Source of the DNA: an uncultured virus (IMG/VR IMGVR_UViG_3300046171_000218)
Taxonomy: Duplodnaviria; Heunggongvirae; Uroviricota; Caudoviricetes
Strand: one strand, 5' to 3'
Virus record (IMG/VR): IMGVR_UViG_3300046171_000218
DNA: 64,000 bases
Under the pieces are notes generated by a model. That model was not told where the DNA came from. It did not search any database and saw nothing but the letters and a program-made list of their open reading frames with translations. The translations under genes and the position numbers were made by a program. Shown piece by piece: positions 52,306-61,457 of the stretch (within the stretch, counting starts at the first letter, position 1; every line of letters begins with the position of its first letter).

Positions 52306-53672
52306 TAAAAGGAGCCACCGTCAATAGTAATGTTTTCAAGGAACCTTTCAGATCCTGTACAAGAAATCACTTGAGATTGTCCAGCACAATCATTTACCCA
52401 AAGTTGTCCAATTTCTAAAGGAGCGTATGTAGTTGCAGTAATTACACTGCTTGTTTCACTTACATCAGAACCAACAGTAATTCTTGATGTAGAATCGTCC
52501 CAGTAAATCGCTGCTTTCTTAGCAGAACCTGTGTAATAATTTAAAATAAGTCCAAGATCAATATTAAGATCTGAACCCGGAGCAGAACCATCTACAAGTC
52601 CTACTTCAATTAGAGAATCTTCAACAGTTAATGTATTAGTATTTACCTGAGTTTGAGAACCCGAAATAAACAGGTTTCCGTTAACTGTCAGATTACTAGA
52701 AATTCCAACATTTCCAGTTTCATCGGCAACTGTGATAGCAGAAGTTCCATCTGTTGCGCTGATGATACCAGTTTTTACTGCAGCAGCAACTACATCATTA
52801 GAGAATAAACCATCTCTCCATCTCTGTGTCGAAATGCCGAGATTGAATGCGTTATGGGAATTTGGAACAAGATTTGAAGTGAACTCACCACCAACATTAA
52901 TATTGTCAGTGGTTCCATCGCCAAGATTAACAGTTCCTCCTTTAAAAGTGACGACTCCTACAAACTCAGAGTATCCACCAACATGAAGATTTTCTTTTAC
53001 GGTAAGGTTTTTGGCAATACCAACACCGCCATCAACCTGTATAGTACCGGTATTTTCGTCACCTAAAGTATTATTTGTGGTATCAGTAAAGGTATTGATG
53101 CCTGCTAAGTTAGAACCACCGCCACCACCAGCACCAGGAATACCAAACTGTCCAATGTATCTTGCACCAGTAACGTAAACACTCTTACCTGAGAAGCTTA
53201 CTCCATTAGGTAAATTTGATCCAATAAAGTGAAGAATACCTGCAGAATAATCAAAATACCATTCATCATCATTTCCAGAACCAGTTTCAAATACTTGAGT
53301 GCCACTTGCAACGGCAGTGCTAGCATTACTTGCAGTGTGAATATAAACTTTAACTTGATATGTTGAACCAAGTTCTGGTGGAATCCAGTCAGTTAAATTT
53401 GTTTTCCAAGTTCTATTAGTAGTTGATGAACCGTCAGCAGTTAATTCAACTGGAGCTCCTGCAGTAGTAACCCCTACATATGAGTTGGAAACTGCAGGAA
53501 TAGTTGAATTGATTAATGAAGACTCTCTCCAAACTTTGTCTCCTCTGAGAAGAAGAGGACTTGGATTTGCTTCGTTAGGGCCTTTTTTATTTGCGTTTGT
53601 GTCTGTTTTTGCCTTAGCAAACGCGATTTTCTTCCAGAGAAAATCAACTTTTTGGGTATCTGAAATTGCCAT
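52305..53672 (-). CDS. virion structural/fibre-like protein
   Basis: 455-aa intact ORF; beta-repeat fibre segments; ends IDGGSF. Confidence 0.7.
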   Translation of the reverse strand: MAISDTQKVDFLWKKIAFAKAKTDTNANKKGPNEANPSPLLLRGDKVWRESSLINSTIPAVSNSYVGVTTAGAPVELTADGSSTTNRTWKTNLTDWIPPELGSTYQVKVYIHTASNASTAVASGTQVFETGSGNDDEWYFDYSAGILHFIGSNLPNGVSFSGKSVYVTGARYIGQFGIPGAGGGGGSNLAGINTFTDTTNNTLGDENTGTIQVDGGVGIAKNLTVKENLHVGGYSEFVGVVTFKGGTVNLGDGTTDNINVGGEFTSNLVPNSHNAFNLGISTQRWRDGLFSNDVVAAAVKTGIISATDGTSAITVADETGNVGISSNLTVNGNLFISGSQTQVNTNTLTVEDSLIEVGLVDGSAPGSDLNIDLGLILNYYTGSAKKAAIYWDDSTSRITVGSDVSETSSVITATTYAPLEIGQLWVNDCAGQSQVISCTGSERFLENITIDGGSF

Positions 53673-53687
53673 TTGTTTATCCTCCCC

Positions 53688-56650
53688 TTAAGATACGCTG
53701 AGTGCAGTTACAGACTCACCAGATGCAAGTCCGATTCTTACGAGGACGACATTACCATCGGCATCAGTCATATTCTGATCACCTAAAGTTAGCGTGTAAC
53801 TACTACTTAGAGCAGTTCCAGTTTGTATTCGATCTCCAGATGTGAACGCACAACCATCACTACCGTTACCGCCGTTTCCAGTATCACTACCAGGTGTACC
53901 AGAACCAGCATAAGTTTGATCTGCTCTCAACCAACCGTTAAGTCCAGATGCACTATCAATATTAGTTCCAGGTGCTGCGATAAACACACCACCAGAAATG
54001 CCACCAGAACTAGTGATACTCAATTCAAAGTTAGCAACCGCTTTCCGTTGGAAAGCAAAAGTAAAGTATTGAGTTCCTGTATCACCACTTCTATTTGGGC
54101 CAGCAGGAAGATAACCACTAGCGTAATTGGTGGTATCGTGATTGATAACACCGAGTCTAACTGTTGCTTCTTTGGTTCCAGAAACTCCTGGATCAGATGC
54201 TTCAGAATAAAGACTGTTTGTATAGAAGTTGGAGACTCCGAATCCAGAGTAATCTGGAGTGTTAGTTGTCTGTGCGCTAAAATCAAAGATTCTTACGCCA
54301 TCATTAGTTAAATCACCGTTTCCGAGTGAATCAGAAACAGCAATTGCAGTTTCGTTGATTCCACTTTGAGAGGCAGTATGAACTTGAATATTGGTTGCGA
54401 TTGAAGAACTGTAGGAACTAGTTCCATTTACATTCTTTGCACGAACCTTTACTCTACTTATCGTTCTGACAGATGATGATGTAATTGGAACTGAAAGACT
54501 TCCAATCGCATAAGAGGAAGAAGTTCCTGTATTTACCTTTGGAATACCTCCCTCAAGCATTGTTGAGGCACCATCTATTTGTGCGTAGGTGTATCCAGAA
54601 TTGGTTATAGCATTTGAAGATGTTCCCTCTTGGTTAGCTCCATCATCAACTTCAACAATATCATTTTGATCTGTATAACATTGTCCGACAAGATGATCAA
54701 TTTCAATACCAGTAACGGTTAGTGTTGGCGATCCCGAATTATAATAAGGGATACCAGAAACATATCTAAATGTTCCTGCATTATTTTGAGTGACAGTAGC
54801 ACTCGAAACATCTACTGATGGAGAGGATGTTAAATCATCTCTCATAAATCCAACGGTATTAGTATTTCCTCCAGTGCTATGCTGAAGTTGCATACTATTT
54901 GTTCCAACTGAGAGTCCGCTAACTGCTTTTGCAACTCTTGCCTTAAATCCTTTATACAAATTAGGATAGAAGGTAGAATTCGCAAATGTTGTCGATGTAC
55001 CGCCAGAGGTTAAAAGATTATAATCACTTTCTGAGTCAATTGTAAGACTTGTGTAAGACGCACTATCGTCACCACCTGTCAATACTCTCTGTCCATCAGC
55101 TGATCCATTTACTATTGCTGTTAATGTTCCAGAATCGGCATTATAAGCAAATGATGTGATTGGGCCTGCGGTTGCAGTGCCCGTAGTAACACGATTTACT
55201 GTGTCTCCAGTGCTTATTCCTGCTGCTCCAGATGTATTTTCAGTAAAACCGTGAGCTGCTTTGGGGCTAGTTCCAGTACTACTTACATTACTTAAAGTCT
55301 TAGAGCTAAGAGTATCAGGAGTTGCGGGAGAATCATCATAAACTTTTAAACTTACTGTTGATGAAGTTGGGATAACGCCTGGATTTGCTAAATCGTGCTT
55401 GTTTATAGTTAGAGTGAGTGTATCTCTACCAGTGCCACTCAGTGTGCCATCTGTCCAGGTATGCTGCAATCTATCTGCAGTTGTACTTGCACCACCACCA
55501 ACAGTATTACTTGATATAAAGTCATCAGCAGAACCATCGCCCCAAGCCATGGTGTAAGTAGCACCAGAACCAACTTGAGTTGCGTTCGTGGTGTTGTTAT
55601 CTAAGTAAAGTGATTGTCCTTCTACAACATATAAATCGCTTCCACTAAGTGCGCTACCACCAGAAGATGCTCTATAAAGATCAAAGGAAACTGAGGGATC
55701 GGGAGTATAAACAGTAATATAATTTGATCTTGCGGCAGAGAAAGAATGTCCTGCTCCAGCACCACCAGTATTCTTGGCAACCATTTCAATACTGAATAAT
55801 CCGCCATCAGTATTAGGTATAAGTATGAGATGGAGTAGAATCAGATGTTGTTTCTAATGCTGATCCGTCTCCCCAATCAATAACAAAACTATTTGCATTG
55901 CCATCAAATCCAGTGCTTAACGTAATAGCAAATGGTGCTCCACCAGCAGTTGAATTTGCAGTAAATGCAAGTCCAGAAACTGCAGTGTTCCTCATTATAT
56001 TGAGGGCAAGTTCATTCAAATCATCAATGCTATCACTAATTTTAGTTGAACTTGTAAATGTGTTTAAAGCAGCAGGTGATGTATAACTTCCATCGGTTGG
56101 AGAACCCTAATGTCATTGCTGAACCTTCACCAGCAATGGTAATATCTACAGTATCAGTATCGGGATTATAAGCAAAAGTATTACCTGCACCAATAAAGTT
56201 CAGATTTTGAACAGGGCCCGTTGTAATAGTATTTCCTGATGAATTAATACCAATGTTAAATCCACCAGAAGCAGTTACGATGCCCGTGATATTTAAATCA
56301 GATGAAAATTCAGCGCCCCAAGAAAGGTTTCCTGACGCATCTGTGATTAGTAGTTTTCCTGGTAGAGGAGTTTCAGGAAAAGTATAAGTGGTTATACCAC
56401 TAAGAGTTGCAGGAGCTCTTAAATTAATACTGTTAGAGCCGTCCTTGTCAACAAGTTTGAACTCTAAAGGATTGGTGCCATCCTCTCTACCCCAATACCT
56501 ACCTGAACCATAAAACTGGTTTGTGGAGGTTTCTGACGATAAACCGATGTATAAATCGTATTTGTCAGTGGTAAAGCCAGGTTCACCTACCCTAAGTCCA
56601 GGTAGATTAGCAAACGCACCTCTCTTAAACTGAAGTACTGGAGAAGTCAT
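53688..56650 (-). CDS. large S/T/G-rich structural protein with PKD-like domains; frameshifts near 56105 and 55815
   Basis: LQFKRG...GEPGFTTD N-terminus; IDWGDGS...HTY and MAWGDGS...HTW PKD-type motifs; three ORF pieces. Confidence 0.7.
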
Positions 56651-56687
56651 TTAACCTATGATTTTTCTTGTTACTATTTAGATATTT

Positions 56688-56979
56688 TTAAAACGAGCCA
56701 CCATCAAGATCGATAGTGTTATCAAGATCAGTTTCTAATTGAGTTACGAAAGAATCAGGAAGATCAGAGTCTGTAACAGCATTAGTAAGAACAGTATCTG
56801 CAGCAATCAATTCAAATTTTGAAGTTGTTGCGTTGTATGCTAATACAAATTTATCAGATCCAGGGTAAATTAGATACTGAAACGTCTGCAAGTTCTGATA
56901 GATTCTCCGCCACTACGGTTTTCTCCTGAGTTACAGTAAATTTTTTAGTTCCTGATCTTCTTACTAAGTAATCTGGCAT
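56688..56979 (-). CDS. small structural protein; frameshifted
   Basis: MPDYLVRR...LSELADV...FVLAYNATTSKF...IDLDGGSF. Confidence 0.55.
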
Positions 56980-57000
56980 TTTTTTACCCTATAATGGTAT

Positions 57001-57332
57001 TTATGATATACCTGCACTAACTAGTGCCATTCCTTGAATGACTCTTGTTTTGTCACCACCCTGCTGCAGTCAATAAGATATCATAAAGATATCTACCAGA
57101 TTCCATTGTTGCTGTAGACTTCATCAGTCATCGTAATAGTAATTTTTCCAGTTGAAGATTCAATGGAAGTAGAAAAAGTATATGCTGTTCCTGCAGTAGG
57201 ATGCTTTTTTGCTTTCGCAACAGCACTAGCACTGCTCATATTAAACACGGAACCATCACTATTCGTAATAGTAAAGGTTGAAGTAAAGTCTGCACCTTGT
57301 TCAATTTCTATGTTTACTGCAGGTACTGCCAT
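57001..57332 (-). CDS. Ig-like structural protein; frameshifted
   Basis: NIEIEQGADF...GRYLYDILL...RVIQGMALVSAGIS. Confidence 0.6.
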
Positions 57333-57345
57333 GACACTTTTTTAA

Positions 57346-57765
57346 CTATTTATTTTCTTTGTTTTGCTTCAATAATTTAGCGAGATCAGCGGTAGATCCA
57401 ACAAATAGTGCATTTGTGACATTTGTTGGGCCCTTTTGATGAAGATTCTTCTTCAACATCTTTTAGTTTCTTTTGAAGATCAAGAAGTTTATCAGTTGCA
57501 TCGGCAACGCTCTTGATTAACTGTCCAGCAACTTCATACGCTCTTGCCTTGTTCAGTTTCTTGTGCTAATTCGAGAATACCGTTAACTGCCTCTTGTCCC
57601 CTTTTCAATCAAAGAATAAAGATTTCCTCTTGTGTACTCATAATCTTTTCTAGTATCAGACTTTATTGCATCTACTTCTTTCTGAACAGGTTTTACTTGT
57701 TCAGGTTCGCTTGATACAATCTCACTCGACACATCAAACGCTTCGTCTAAACTATCAAAACTCAT
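57346..57765 (-). CDS. 16: terminase small subunit (T4 gp16); frameshifted
   Basis: DYEYTRGNLYSLIEKG, RAYEVAGQLIK, NVTNALFVGSTADL; follows gp15. Confidence 0.88.
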
Positions 57766-58772
57766 GATACCTGCACCATCGAATCCGAAGTCATCGCCAA
57801 CTTCAATAAGGGCATCATCAGCATCAGTGATAACATTAACTGCAGTTCCACGAACATGTGATCCAGTGATAGGTTCCATCCTGTCCTCTTTTTGTAAAAA
57901 GAGTATTTCCTTCCTTTCTATCTACGTATATTGATTCGTTATTGATATTAATATATACGTTTTCTGCAATATTTGTTGCGTCGGTAACTTGTATGATATT
58001 AGTTGTTGTACCAATATCTTGTGCTAAGTTTGTGACAACATTACCGGTATAACTTTGTGTTGCTCTTGGAACAACAGTATAAGTAAGATCTCTGGTTGGT
58101 GTAGAAGAATCGTCTTGAACATATCCAACACGTACTTTTTTGATAAGATCTCTGGATGCTTTTGAGGTATCTCCAACGGGGCCGAAAAGGAATGTCTTGG
58201 CAGTGAAATCTTATTGTATAAAGTAGAGAGCGTCGTGTGCTATAGTTCCCCTCGTAATCATCTTGCATCGTGATATTTTCGATCACGATAGGAATATCTC
58301 TCTTTTCTCCAATAGTATCAACTAAATTTACTGAAAGTGTGTAAGCTGGTTGAAAATATGGTAAAATCTGTTCAACAATCTGAAGCATATCATCATTCAA
58401 CTTAGTGAATATTGATAATTCAAATGACATATTATATGGAACAGGCATATAGTTTTTTCTGATTGCCGTTGCAATACCTACAGTCTGTGTTTTGAATGTT
58501 TGAGTAGTGGTAACTTTTCTTGTACCATCATATTGCAGTCCTGTAAATTCAAAGGACATTCTTGGAAGAGTAATCGCTGTTGGTTTGTTAAGATCTGGCG
58601 ATTGCTCTAATCTTGCTAAAAACTTTTGAGTTGGCCCATATGCTAAAGGTACTTTAATCTCTTCGGATACATTACCAGCGGAGTCGAGATGCTTAATATC
58701 AATCCCATTAAAAAGACTTCCGAACGCAATGATCGTTCGTCTTAAAATTTCATGGTAAAAGTATTCAAACAT
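57762..58772 (-). CDS. 15: tail sheath stabiliser/terminator (T4 gp15); frameshifted
   Basis: YFYHEILR, VPLAYGP, LPRMSFE, QIVEQILPYFQP; C-terminal GDDFGF. Confidence 0.92.
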
Positions 58773-58801
58773 ACAGATGCCTTATGTAACTTTATTTAGG
58801 G

Positions 58802-60199
58802 TTAAGGATTCCCAAATGGATTTGATTCTGAGAAATCTAAAATCCCATCATTAGCAAAAGTTTCAAAGGTATCATTGTCTGGATAATTATTTACTGTATT
58901 ATCATCCTCATAAACGCTTATCACATAAGATGCGCTACTTGCTGAACCCACAATAGTCTCTCCAGGTAAGAAGTCCCCTGTAGTATTAGAGTAAGTTAGA
59001 ACGTTAGTAATAGTATTCCACGTCTTAACTATTCCTGTCACACCGCTTGTAGATCCGGTAATAGTTTCCGATCTAACAAATGTTCCAACTCCAGCAGCAG
59101 GTGGATCTGAAAGTGTAATTGTAGGAGCAGTTGTATACCCAGCACCAGCATTGGTGATATAAATTGCAGAAACTGTTCCAGCAGCAGAAACCACAGCGAC
59201 ACCAGTAGCAGTCGTTCCACCAGCACCTGGACTACTAAAGGTAACAGTAGGAGCAGTCACGTATCCACCACCTCCACTAGTAACAGTTACAATACCGACA
59301 GTATTATCAGAAATTCTAGTGGTTGCAGCTACTCCAACACCAGGATTAGTGTTAACGCCAACAAATGCAATGCCTGGATTTGCAGTATATCCTGCACCAG
59401 GATCAATCATCATAACTCCTTGAACAACAGAACCTATTTCTGTTCCATCACAACTAACAATATCGTCGCGTAGGGTAGATATTCCAGTTGCTGTGGTTCC
59501 TGATATAGGAGATGAAATAAAAACACTGGGTGGATAATTATATTTTTCTCCTCTGTTTGTAATAATGATCCTGCTGATAGCTCCGCTTTCAACTCTTCCA
59601 GAGATAGCTGTTGCGGTAGAACCTGATCCAACAAGAGTGAGAGATCTGATATTTCCCTCAGTGTCGAAGGAATCATCGATTTCTTCAATACCAGTATCCA
59701 ATATTTCATCTTCCCCTCTGAATAGTTCACAGGTTAATTCGTAAACGTAATTTTTTTGTAACTGATAAAAAGGTTTCTCATGTTCAACAAACTTTATTTC
59801 AAAAAGTCTGTCTCCAAGTGGGAAATAAATTAAATCACCCTCTTTCGGACGAGTCGCAAGTTCAATGAGAGGTAAATTTGTTATTAAAGGTGTGATATAT
59901 GTTTCAAATCTTTCTTGAGAAATAATTAATTTAATTTCAGATGTTTGTTGAACTCCAAATTTTGATAAAAGAACAGTATTGTCGCCATATCCATCAAAAT
60001 TGTCAACATATGCCTCAATAGGATATGATTGATTAAATTCTGATTCAATTACTTCGCGAATTATTGAACTTTTTGTTGCATATTGTCTTGGTAAGTAAAA
60101 TACCTCAACGCCATACATTCTCAACTGTTCGTTGATCAAGTCTTGAACAAGACTTTGCTCTCCTTGAGAACCTTGTAAGAAAAAAGGATTTAATACCAT
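58802..60199 (-). CDS. 14: neck protein (T4 gp14) with inserted beta-repeats
   Basis: LNPFF, YGVEVFYLPR, RPKEGDLIYFP, LFEIKFVEHEKPFYQL, DFSESNPFG. Confidence 0.93.
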   Translation of the reverse strand: MVLNPFFLQGSQGEQSLVQDLINEQLRMYGVEVFYLPRQYATKSSIIREVIESEFNQSYPIEAYVDNFDGYGDNTVLLSKFGVQQTSEIKLIISQERFETYITPLITNLPLIELATRPKEGDLIYFPLGDRLFEIKFVEHEKPFYQLQKNYVYELTCELFRGEDEILDTGIEEIDDSFDTEGNIRSLTLVGSGSTATAISGRVESGAISRIIITNRGEKYNYPPSVFISSPISGTTATGISTLRDDIVSCDGTEIGSVVQGVMMIDPGAGYTANPGIAFVGVNTNPGVGVAATTRISDNTVGIVTVTSGGGGYVTAPTVTFSSPGAGGTTATGVAVVSAAGTVSAIYITNAGAGYTTAPTITLSDPPAAGVGTFVRSETITGSTSGVTGIVKTWNTITNVLTYSNTTGDFLPGETIVGSASSASYVISVYEDDNTVNNYPDNDTFETFANDGILDFSESNPFGNP

Positions 60200-61047
60200 C
60201 AGCCTATCATGTCAAGAGGTGGAAGTTCATAAGTATTGGACATTTTTTCCATGATCTTAGTCTAAATCATTCTGTCCATCTTCATAAATTTGTCTACCGT
60301 TTAGTTCCACTCCGCCAGGAAGTTTAACTCCTTGGAACTTCATAAGATTCTGTCCCCACTGACGTTTAATTAGGCAGTCAGATAAGGTTTGATGAAAGAA
60401 TCATTGTAAACTCTTGCAAAGTCGTTTGGATCAACAGTTCTAAAACAATCGATAATTATATATTCTCCTGCAGTAACACTTCCCCAGTCAATATCAAGAT
60501 ATAACCTATCCATTCTTTGATTAAATCTTATCTGCTTATGAGTATTCAGTAAGAAATCAAGATCTTCAAGATATGTCTTTGTCATAGCATATGACAACAA
60601 TTCAGTATTCCCGAAGAAATAAACATCATTTAAGAATAATTGATATTTCACACTAAACATATTGTTTGTGATTGAATTTCCTCCGGAAAATTGAAATATC
60701 TTGTTAACTCCTATAACAGAAGGAGGAATTTGTAAATAATTACTATTTTCTTTATAAGAGAAAGTTGTAGAAGCACCATCAATCGTAGATGAAGCGGTAG
60801 TTGTTACGATACCTGCTTGGGTTACAGATGAAGAAGGACTTCTACCTCTATTGATATCATCTTGAGTTATTTGATATTTTAGAAATACTTGTCCTACCCC
60901 ATCGAAATGTCTTTCGTGAAAATATTGAATGGCATCATCAACTAAGTCCTCGATTTGCTCATCAGCAACATTAATTTCGAGAACAGGAGCACCTAACTTT
61001 CTTTTGCAGTAGTCTACTAACTCCGCTCTAGTTGATGGTTGAGCCAT
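60199..61047 (-). CDS. 13: neck protein (T4 gp13); frameshifted near 3' end
   Basis: RKLGAPVLEINV, HFDG, QWGQNLMKF, LPGGVELNG, PPLDMIG. Confidence 0.93.
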
Positions 61048-61066
61048 GTCTATATTTTTTAAGTAT

Positions 61067-61243
61067 TTATGGATCTATGTTAATTACTGACAAAGTCTCT
61101 TGCTGCTTATAATAAAGTTTAACAAAAGATTTGGCAATACTTCTCAACATATCTCGATCGTCACATCCATCTATTTCCGATGCAATTTTAGTATATTCAA
61201 AACTTTTAGTTAAGTTTTTGAGTTCAATTTTATCGGGATCCAT
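61067..61243 (-). CDS. 58-aa helical protein, NblA-like (tentative); not in ORF track
   Basis: MDPDKIELKNLTKSFEYTKIASEIDGCDDRDMLRSIAKSFVKLYYKQQETLSVINIDP*; GGAGG RBS upstream. Confidence 0.6.
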   Translation of the reverse strand: MDPDKIELKNLTKSFEYTKIASEIDGCDDRDMLRSIAKSFVKLYYKQQETLSVINIDP

Positions 61244-61457
61244 TGAGTGCCTCCTTGATTAACAGTTTTAACTCAGAGATTTCACTATGAATATTAGCAA
61301 GATCTCTCTCAACATTCTGTATTCTAGTACTCTCTTCATGTTTGATGGTTTTATTCATCATATAAGAAGAGAAACCAGATTTATCATTATTAATAATCGC
61401 TCCAGTTTCGCTGTCTCTGAGAAGATTATTATGCCCCTCAACTTTAAGTTTTTTCAT
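61230..61457 (-). CDS. conserved hypothetical protein
   Basis: LKVEGHNNLLRDSETGAIIN plus coiled coil. Confidence 0.7.
   Translation of the reverse strand: MKKLKVEGHNNLLRDSETGAIINNDKSGFSSYMMNKTIKHEESTRIQNVERDLANIHSEISELKLLIKEALNGSR

Noticed and set aside
42227..56650. Diversity-generating retroelement or invertase shufflon acting on the fibres
   Set aside because: No reverse transcriptase or recombinase in the window, no adenine-specific TR/VR pair noticed, and repeats are direct, not inverted
57583..57879. Apparent gp15-gp16 fusion ORF
   Set aside because: Most likely an indel at the usual ATGA overlap; both genes have other frameshifts nearby
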